Of a stretch of 25,175 nt of DNA, positions 18,162-25,175 are shown piece by piece. Both the position numbers and the translations under genes were made by a program. The stretch comes from Promethearchaeota archaeon. Lineage in GTDB: Archaea > Asgardarchaeota > Lokiarchaeia > Sigyniarchaeales > SOKP01. Position 1 is the first letter of the stretch; the number at the start of each line of letters is the position of its first letter. The notes below the pieces were generated by a model that saw only the letters and a program-made list of their open reading frames with translations, was not told where the DNA came from and did no database searches. The stretch lies in the NCBI GenBank assembly GCA_013375475.1, contig JABXKD010000055.1:1-25175 (forward strand), written 5' to 3'.

Positions 18162-19367
18162 TTAGAAAAGTAATTTTAACATTTTAAAGATTATTACTGG
18201 ATTTTTCACAAGGAACTTGAATATGAAACCTAAAACAGTTCGATTCCGTAGCAACTTAGCAACCAATGTTTTTGGAAAATCCATGTCTCCGTAGAATGAA
18301 ATTATACGCTCAATTTTGTTTTCTTTAATTATTTTAAAGAAAACCTCAAAATCTTTGTCCTTAAATTTCGCTAAAACAAGCCGAATAAGGTAATGGAGCT
18401 TTAATTCTCGGCCGATTGTATGCGAACAAGGCTTTTCATAATTTTTTTTAATGAACTTCTTTGAAAAATTTCCGTCCTTAAAACATAAATTCACACATTT
18501 CGAAGCATGCTTCGCAGCCGTCAACAACATAATAATACCCCCGCCTGTTGTAGCTTTTACCTGCCCAGCAGCGTCGCCTAGTAATAATATATTATCAAAT
18601 GCTACTCGATTCATAATTCCGTATGGAATGATCCCTCCTTGTTGATCTATTTTGTTATCGATATCGATATCTAATTTTTCTAAGTAGCGCTTGAAACAAT
18701 TCCTAACATTTTTAGCAGCAGCGATACCAATACGAAAAACCTGATTACCTTCGGGCACAATCCACCCAAATAACTGCTTCCATTGGGGATCAAAATACAT
18801 AGCAGCTTCGTCTTCATTAAAATTTGCTTTAGTTCTAATTTGGGAGGCATATAGGACATCATTTTTCACATTCAATTGCTTTCCTACTGATGAAAGTGGT
18901 CCATCACACCCAATTAGCATCCTAGTTTTAATTTTTCTTTCTGAAGTTTCAATTAACACATACTTTTTACCATTTTCGATGCGATATTCAAATGATTTAT
19001 ATCTTTCGCCAAGATAATACATTATGTTTTGATTATCTTTAATTTTTTTGTAATGCAAACGATCTAAAGCAATTCTATCAATAATGTAAGGATTCTCATC
19101 TCCGAAAAGTTTAATGGACTTACCAGATGGATTTACGATTTTAGCTGTTCTAACTCGGTTTAGAACAATCTCTTTAGGTAGTTCAATTAATTGACTTAAT
19201 TTTTGAGAGATAATTCCGGCACATTGAAATGGTAAACCGATCTTTTTATGGTCTTCGAGAACAGCTATTCTTAGGTTTGATTTTGACAATAAATAAGTCA
19301 AATAATTTCCTGCAATACTAGCACCTACAATACAAATGTCAAAATGTTCGAAACTTCTCTCTTGCAT
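18162..19367 (-). CDS. Geranylgeranyl reductase family FAD oxidoreductase
   Basis: DICIVGASIAG (degenerate Rossmann motif), CAGIIS, IDRIALDR, GCDGP, FGWIVP and LLGDAAGQVKATTGGGI. Confidence 0.88.
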   Translation of the reverse strand: MQERSFEHFDICIVGASIAGNYLTYLLSKSNLRIAVLEDHKKIGLPFQCAGIISQKLSQLIELPKEIVLNRVRTAKIVNPSGKSIKLFGDENPYIIDRIALDRLHYKKIKDNQNIMYYLGERYKSFEYRIENGKKYVLIETSERKIKTRMLIGCDGPLSSVGKQLNVKNDVLYASQIRTKANFNEDEAAMYFDPQWKQLFGWIVPEGNQVFRIGIAAAKNVRNCFKRYLEKLDIDIDNKIDQQGGIIPYGIMNRVAFDNILLLGDAAGQVKATTGGGIIMLLTAAKHASKCVNLCFKDGNFSKKFIKKNYEKPCSHTIGRELKLHYLIRLVLAKFKDKDFEVFFKIIKENKIERIISFYGDMDFPKTLVAKLLRNRTVLGFIFKFLVKNPVIIFKMLKLLF

Positions 19368-19420
19368 TATAAGATGGTATGAATATAATAATTTAGAATT
19401 TTGTGAATAACAAAAAAAAA

Positions 19421-20416
19421 TTAATCTTTGCGATAACCTAAATCCATCATCATACCATACACTACGCCTAATGCGATTCCATTGAAAATTGAGTCCTTAT
19501 CAAAAGATAAATCGGTTCTGGGAATTAACATTGGCATGATCTGCTCGAATACGTATCTAGTTTCTGGTTTTTCACCATAGAATTTGATAATCGCAGCTCT
19601 AAACTCTTTCATGAAAGACTCGTGTTCATAAAGGAGAGTTCGGAAATTCTCTTTACCGCAAACTACTCCAAAATGACCAAAACCGGCTTTAGATGGAGAA
19701 AGATTCTTAAGGTTTTGTAAAGTGTTCATATATTGCTCGTGATTATAATAAGTGGGCATTGAGGTAGGCATTGTGACTAATTCTGTAGAATGATAGATGG
19801 TTCCTAGACTTTCTCCAAGATGGATGAAGTCAAGGTTATTATCCTTAACAAATACAGGAGATTGATGATCAGGAGTGTGTCCGGGAGTTTTTAAAATTCC
19901 AAACTTTACTTCTGAACCGTTGATTGAAAATTTATCTATAAAATCGAGTTTACTGGGGTTTCTATTAAAGTTGGTACTAGGTACGATAATTTTAAAAGCA
20001 TTCTCTTCAATAGGTTTCATAATTCCTATTAAGTTTCCGTAAGTTCGTTTACCACGAGCCAAATGATCTTTATAATCGTTAAGCAATTCTTTAGTCTTTT
20101 CGTTGGTAAGGATCTTTATTTTGGAATTGTGTTCCTTTAATATATCATAAAGTTGCCATAGACCACCGTTGTGATCAAAATGGTGGTGAGTAGTAGAGAG
20201 ATATTTAAAAGAAGATAAATCAATATTCAACTTGCTCAAGCACCTCACCAATTTTTTCGTATCTAACGACGACCCACAATCAATTAATATAGATAAGTTG
20301 TCAAATTTAGCTACGAAAATAGAAAGCATTCGTGGTGCTCCGTAAGCTCGAGCATCTATGTGGTATAAATAATCGTTAAGTTTCTTATTCTCAATAGTAA
20401 TAAAGTCCTTTGACAT
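19421..20416 (-). CDS. MBL-fold metallo-hydrolase
   Basis: LIDCG, THHHFDHNGG (HxHxDH), TPGHTPDH and FGHFG. Confidence 0.9.
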   Translation of the reverse strand: MSKDFITIENKKLNDYLYHIDARAYGAPRMLSIFVAKFDNLSILIDCGSSLDTKKLVRCLSKLNIDLSSFKYLSTTHHHFDHNGGLWQLYDILKEHNSKIKILTNEKTKELLNDYKDHLARGKRTYGNLIGIMKPIEENAFKIIVPSTNFNRNPSKLDFIDKFSINGSEVKFGILKTPGHTPDHQSPVFVKDNNLDFIHLGESLGTIYHSTELVTMPTSMPTYYNHEQYMNTLQNLKNLSPSKAGFGHFGVVCGKENFRTLLYEHESFMKEFRAAIIKFYGEKPETRYVFEQIMPMLIPRTDLSFDKDSIFNGIALGVVYGMMMDLGYRKD

Positions 20417-20517
20417 AAGAAAGATAATAAAAAATAGAATAATAAGTATTTTGTTTAGTAAATTGACAATTAAATAATAACAGAAATAAAATAAATAAAA
20501 GTTAGATTAAAAATAAA

Positions 20518-22740
20518 TTAGAGATTTAATTTTTGTTTCCAGAAATTCATTTTCATTTTGAGATCTTCTTTTTCAGGTTGACTTAGGACGTAAGTTTTGC
20601 TCTTTAAAGAAGTACTTGTATTATGCATGTTCTTTAATACGCTATTATAGCCCTGTTCTTTAATGTATTCACTTTGAAACTTCTCTAGGGCAGAAGAGAT
20701 TTCTAAACCCATCAAAGTATCTACACCATCAAAGATTAGGTCAAATTGCTTCGTTAACAAAGATCCACCTGCAGTAGGTGTGGTCTTCGGGGTGGGCACT
20801 TCAATTCCGGGGGTTACTGTCTCTTTTGGTATCTCAACAACAGGCTTCAATTTAACAGGTTCTTTAGGTTTTGGGGCAGGTGTTTCTTTAATAATTGATG
20901 ATTTTACATCATGAATAACCTCTTTTCTCGCACCCATCCAAGATTCTTCAAGTATTGGTACAAAAATTTTGATGTGTTCTTCTATGATACTTCCTATACC
21001 CGCAATTTCTGTTATAGATTCACCACGTACCTCTGCTTTTGAAAGAACGCAGACGATTACTTCTTCGTAATCCCTATTTACGCCCCACAGATTTTGTAAT
21101 CCACGATGTCTATAGTCTACATTATCCATTTTATCTAACTGTTCAATAATACTTACGTGTTCAGGATTAGAGAAGTCTATACTAGCTGCTATTCTAAAAT
21201 TAATTCTTGGAGGGCGATCCATTATGGCTTTAATGTCAACATCGTTTATTTGAGGGGCTACAAGTAAAACTCTCATTTTTGCTTTTGAGATTTCATCGTT
21301 AATATGTGCTTTAGCAGCTTCAGGTGATCTTATAAACCAGATGTCTTTCATTGTAATTGATCTCCCCGTTTTAGCTTGTTCCCAGAACTCGCTCGTGACT
21401 TTTTCTGAAGTTTCGAGTTTCTTTAATATATCATCTAGCGTATTATCTAAAGTCGCGACAATTTGGTTAGAAAAAACATCTTTTAAAGTGCCCAGCGATT
21501 CAAGTGTAGTACCAGAAATGCCTTCAATTTTACTTTCTGCCATTTGTACAGCTTTATTAAAGTTTTCGGTTATCTCAGAATATATTTGTTCTTTATCTTC
21601 TTGTGCCTTTGTGCTAAGACCGTCAATATTTTGAATGGTGCTCTTTAAAGAATCTTTCAACTTTGTTATTAATTCAGAATCTACACCCTGAGTCACTTTT
21701 TTTAACTCGTCAGAGAACGCAACTTGACTTACGCTTAATTGTACGTTGATATTATCGGATATTTCTTTTAATTTAGCGTTTATTACTTTATCAATCACTT
21801 GATCTACGGTTTGCGAGATTACCCCTAAACGTAATTTTTGCAAATTTGAGGATACAGTTGATTTAATATTATCAAATTCGGTTTTTAAGTCATTGACTTG
21901 ACCCTTAATAATACTAGAAGTCTTTTCGTTAATATTTTCAAACTGTTTTTTAAGATCTCCCATTTGAGTTCCCATAACTGATTCAGTATACCCTTCGAGG
22001 TTCGAAATATCGTCGGTGATTCCTCGTATTTGATCCATCACTGCTAGGGTATCGTCGAATTCCTTCTTTTGGGAGCGTATTTGCGTAAGCATGTTGTCTT
22101 TTAATTCCTTCATCATTTCTGTAGGAACGGCTTTTGGTTTAACTTCTACCTTTCCCGACTCGGATTCTAGCTGAGCAAAAGTTTTTGATAGTTGAGCGGG
22201 TATACTAGATTTAATATCAGAAATATATCTATGAAACTTTTGTAGTTGACTAACTAAGGCTGCGTATGGAGGTAAGGCAGCATAATGAGGTCGTGCTCCA
22301 ACAATTTCTTTAAATAATCCTTTTTTAACAAATTTGTCAGCAATTTCTTGGCACTTATCTTTAGAATTCCCGGTTAAAATAGCCATCTCGCCAATACTTA
22401 CGGCTTCACGACCAGTTACCCGAAAATATAATTCAATCTCTTCGTCAGTAAGATCTATCTCGCTTAAAACTTGCTTTGTAAGTTCTTTTGAGAACGAAAC
22501 ATCTTCCTTTTTAAGGATCTCTTCTACTTCGAAGTTTTCGATTTCTAAGTATTGATTAAAATGAACTATGAGTTTGTGGGGAGGATCTCCATGAGTTAAT
22601 TGTTTAGTAATCGGAAATTTATTAGTTGATTGGTATTCGCTTTTAGTTATTTTAAAAGGAACTTCTTTTAAACACAATTTGCACGTATAAGGAATTTCTA
22701 CTTCATCCTTTTCTTTAAATAAATACATTTTATTTTTCAT
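20518..22740 (-). CDS. Multidomain TrmB-like protein: CxxC..H..H Zn domain + wHTH + long helical/coiled-coil insert + PLD-like effector domain + Pro-rich linker + helical C-terminal domain
   Basis: C20KLC23...H50GDPPH55. TrmB-like LTDEEIELYF...SIGEMAILTG...KKGLFKEI...YAALPP. aa ~160-455 are amphipathic helices. IWFIRSPEAAKAHINDEISKAKMRVLLVAP resembles the start of the TrmB effector domain. Confidence 0.65.
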   Translation of the reverse strand: MKNKMYLFKEKDEVEIPYTCKLCLKEVPFKITKSEYQSTNKFPITKQLTHGDPPHKLIVHFNQYLEIENFEVEEILKKEDVSFSKELTKQVLSEIDLTDEEIELYFRVTGREAVSIGEMAILTGNSKDKCQEIADKFVKKGLFKEIVGARPHYAALPPYAALVSQLQKFHRYISDIKSSIPAQLSKTFAQLESESGKVEVKPKAVPTEMMKELKDNMLTQIRSQKKEFDDTLAVMDQIRGITDDISNLEGYTESVMGTQMGDLKKQFENINEKTSSIIKGQVNDLKTEFDNIKSTVSSNLQKLRLGVISQTVDQVIDKVINAKLKEISDNINVQLSVSQVAFSDELKKVTQGVDSELITKLKDSLKSTIQNIDGLSTKAQEDKEQIYSEITENFNKAVQMAESKIEGISGTTLESLGTLKDVFSNQIVATLDNTLDDILKKLETSEKVTSEFWEQAKTGRSITMKDIWFIRSPEAAKAHINDEISKAKMRVLLVAPQINDVDIKAIMDRPPRINFRIAASIDFSNPEHVSIIEQLDKMDNVDYRHRGLQNLWGVNRDYEEVIVCVLSKAEVRGESITEIAGIGSIIEEHIKIFVPILEESWMGARKEVIHDVKSSIIKETPAPKPKEPVKLKPVVEIPKETVTPGIEVPTPKTTPTAGGSLLTKQFDLIFDGVDTLMGLEISSALEKFQSEYIKEQGYNSVLKNMHNTSTSLKSKTYVLSQPEKEDLKMKMNFWKQKLNL

Positions 22741-22762
22741 CTCTTTCTATTTTATTGAAGAT

Positions 22763-24028
22763 TTAAAATGTGACTTTTTCTGGATAAGATATTTCCAATA
22801 GATTTAACGCTTTTTTAGCAATTTCATATGTGATTTTGCCTTCTTTTTCGTCTTCTTCCTCTCTTCTAAAAGCTTCTCTAATTTTTGGCAATAGATACTC
22901 AGGAAAAATTGTTAAGGGTTTAATATCTGTCAGTAAACAGATCCAACTTCTTTTATTTTCGTCCTTTATCTCAGTGATAACATTCAATTTCTTTAAATTG
23001 TCGAGTAAAATCTCTGTAACAGCGAATTCCGAAAAGATTTTTGGAATTTTATCTAAAGGATAATGGTTAGATCGCATGAGAACGAAGAAGTCATAAACAT
23101 CAGGATTTAATAGTATTGAAGCCAGTCTTTGAGTATTTTCGAGGGGTTCATCGTATGGATCATATTCTGCGAAGTAATCTACAGATTTTTGCCTGTATAA
23201 AGGTAAAAGTTCATTACTTGTTTCTTTAAAATGTTTTAATAGATTTTCGTTAGGAACTCGCGCAAAAATTATATCTTTAACCAAAAATATATATTCTCCT
23301 TGATTTGTTATAACTCCAGTTTTTTTGTCTTTCTCGCCTTTTATCCAATCACGCCTTATTAAATTTAATTCTAAAAATGGCCTTAATAGTATATCAATAT
23401 TGACAGTAGGTTTCATTTGTTCAACCACGCTTTTAATTTCGCTTTTAGCAGCAGGGCGTTCCCTTAATATTTCTAAAATTTTTAACCGCTCATTGCTGTT
23501 GTAGATTAAAGACACTTTCTGAAGTTTATCTAATTTACTTAACCTTTCAACCTGAAATATCGTATATTTTAATTCGTTCTTAAGGCGAATATTAACGTTA
23601 GAGATTAAGTCTAATTGTTTAGTATTTGCAGCCTTAGTTAATTTATCATAAATTGTATCTAATCTGCCTGCCATGTCTTTGATTAAATCTTCAAATAATT
23701 CGATCTCATCATCTAATTCAAACAAAGATATAGTAAGATACTGAGTTCCATCAGTAAGCTGTTTGAAATAAGAATACACTTGATAAGGGGTTTCTTTCAA
23801 ACGCCCCGTATAATAATTATTGAAGCCGTATTTCGTGCTAAAAATTCCAACGGTATGCTGATAAAAGTTTCCAAATATATCGTTCTCCATAATCAAACCG
23901 GCAAAATTGTTTTCATCGAATTTGTTGTTTGCAAATACCAGTTGAATTGGACTAAATTCTGGGTTAATTTCGCCAGTTTTTTCATTCTGATTAAGTTTAA
24001 ACTGAAATGTTAATATTCCTTGAATCAT
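22763..24028 (-). CDS. Hypothetical protein, possible longin-like N-domain + tandem winged-helix (NPRL2-like architecture)
   Basis: 421-aa ORF. The N-terminal beta/alpha pattern is longin-like (IQGILTFQF...PIQLVF...YQVYSYF...LTISLFELDDEIELFEDLIKDMA). Two wHTH-like segments follow: RLKILEILRERPAAKSEI...LLRPFLELNLIRRDW and VYDFFVLMR...LLDNLKKLNVITEIKD...WICLL. The ORF is solid, while the fold call is inference. Confidence 0.55.
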   Translation of the reverse strand: MIQGILTFQFKLNQNEKTGEINPEFSPIQLVFANNKFDENNFAGLIMENDIFGNFYQHTVGIFSTKYGFNNYYTGRLKETPYQVYSYFKQLTDGTQYLTISLFELDDEIELFEDLIKDMAGRLDTIYDKLTKAANTKQLDLISNVNIRLKNELKYTIFQVERLSKLDKLQKVSLIYNSNERLKILEILRERPAAKSEIKSVVEQMKPTVNIDILLRPFLELNLIRRDWIKGEKDKKTGVITNQGEYIFLVKDIIFARVPNENLLKHFKETSNELLPLYRQKSVDYFAEYDPYDEPLENTQRLASILLNPDVYDFFVLMRSNHYPLDKIPKIFSEFAVTEILLDNLKKLNVITEIKDENKRSWICLLTDIKPLTIFPEYLLPKIREAFRREEEDEKEGKITYEIAKKALNLLEISYPEKVTF

Positions 24029-24243
24029 TTTGGTTTCTCTCGATATTTTTATATCTTTAGTAATTAAATTGAAATATATATAATAAAGTCTTAAGTAATT
24101 TCATTAAATAAATTTAATCAATAAGGAGTAAAAAAAAAGAATATTCTAAAATTTAGTTTTTATATCATCAACAATTATAAGTCTAGCTAGTCTTATTTAT
24201 ATCTAAGATATTCAAAAATTATAGTAAGTGATGAAATTTGGGA

Positions 24244-25175
24244 TTGAGGTTTACAAATAAGAAAAAATTTCTACTATTTATTCTTGCAGTGACGATTAGT
24301 ATTTTTGCGGTATTTCCAGTTGTTAATCCCTCTGAACGATTAATACGAGAACAGACTTTAACAATTAGGCCCTCAGAAACGATAGAACACTTGGATGAAC
24401 CCTGGTTATTAAATCCAACTTTTGAATATCCGATAGAACCAACTTGGTTTTCAACTCGTAATGGTGATCTAAGGGATATTAATGCTTCCACAGGCTCAGG
24501 AATTGCTAACTATGAGATTTTGGGAGGATATGGCGTCTTTTCGAACGTATCTGGTACACCGCTAGCTTCAGATTGGACCGAATTTAACAATTCATATTTT
24601 ATTTTACCAGATGGAACGCACGAGATAAATCAAAATGGATGTGAAGCGTCACACGAATTTCAAGAAAATACAGATCAATCTCGAAATCGCCCAAGCGTAC
24701 ATTGGAGAAGAAATATTACGATGCCCGTTGATATGTCAGATTATATTATTACATCGGCTTCAATATCAGCACTCGTAAATGGAAGTGGAGATACTAATCT
24801 TGAAACTCCATCTGATGATTTGAGTTACGATGGTGCTGGTTATTTTGCTACTTATTATGATTACGCACGTTTTTATATTAAACTTTCTAATTTAGACTAC
24901 ATTAACCTTTATGAAGTAGCATACTTTCAGACTGTTGATTTGGGAATTGGGGATCAGTATCGTCAAACGGTAGGTGTAATTGATTATTTAAATGATACTC
25001 TTATGACAATGATAGATGAACCAACGCTAATTTTTTATCTGACTAAAGCATTTGAAGCGGATTCATACGAGTTCGGAATTACTTTAGGTATTGATATTTA
25101 TTGTGAGGATAATTATGATCAAGCAGATCGTGATACCTTTTACTCCCTACTAATTAAATCTGTTAATTTAAGCTT
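24244..25175 (+). CDS. Secreted/cell-surface glycoprotein-like protein, 3'-truncated at the window edge
   Basis: Open frame from TTG 24244 (or 24238) to the window end, absent from the ORF track. It reads MRFTNKKKFLLFILAVTISIFAVFP (signal peptide), then PWLLNPTFE...VHWRRNITMPVDMSDY.... There are seven N-x-S/T sequons in about 310 aa. Confidence 0.8.
   Translation, partial: MRFTNKKKFLLFILAVTISIFAVFPVVNPSERLIREQTLTIRPSETIEHLDEPWLLNPTFEYPIEPTWFSTRNGDLRDINASTGSGIANYEILGGYGVFSNVSGTPLASDWTEFNNSYFILPDGTHEINQNGCEASHEFQENTDQSRNRPSVHWRRNITMPVDMSDYIITSASISALVNGSGDTNLETPSDDLSYDGAGYFATYYDYARFYIKLSNLDYINLYEVAYFQTVDLGIGDQYRQTVGVIDYLNDTLMTMIDEPTLIFYLTKAFEADSYEFGITLGIDIYCEDNYDQADRDTFYSLLIKSVNLS

Noticed and set aside
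155-24013. Short ORFs overlapping the long genes (e.g. 155..355, 2658..2909, 3321..3605, 3833..4204, 4256..4471, 5233..5421, 5486..5689, 5828..6118, 10640..10900, 12401..12907, 13527..13866, 14869..15207, 18451..18862, 21341..21634, 22334..22555, 22830..23063, 23780..24013)
   Set aside because: They lie antisense to or out of frame within well-supported genes and show shadow-ORF composition with no motifs.
24219-24491. 90-aa minus-strand ORF
   Set aside because: It is the antisense shadow of the long plus-strand secreted-protein frame.

Overview
AT-rich, gene-dense archaeal chromosomal window with about 22 protein-coding genes. I could not support any rRNA, tRNA, CRISPR array or mobile element. 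The gene content suggests an Asgard archaeon of the Lokiarchaeia type (inference, not a search result): a PAN-type proteasome ATPase, geranylgeranyl reductase, HerA-like ATPase, TET/M42 peptidase, oligo-T terminators, TATA promoters, a UroD-like paralog, a bacterial-type GAPDH and CxxC..H..H/wHTH hypotheticals. Five observations stand out. (1) The PAN paralog is divergent: it lacks the coiled-coil/OB-junction proline and ends in L-F-I rather than HbYX, like eukaryotic 'trans' subunit Rpt6, which hints at a hetero-oligomeric proteasome ATPase. (2) A stand-alone 78-aa PARP-type zinc finger. (3) A two-gene unit encoding a possible longin + tandem winged-helix (NPRL2-like) protein and a 740-aa Zn-finger/TrmB-HTH/long coiled-coil protein. 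(4) A cytochrome-b-like membrane protein with two DUF4430-like external domains, whose real N-terminus is cut off by an in-frame TGA that the ORF track missed. (5) A solo HerA-like ATPase with a shrunken helical insert and a C-terminal coiled coil. A secreted, sequon-rich protein missing from the ORF track runs off the right edge.
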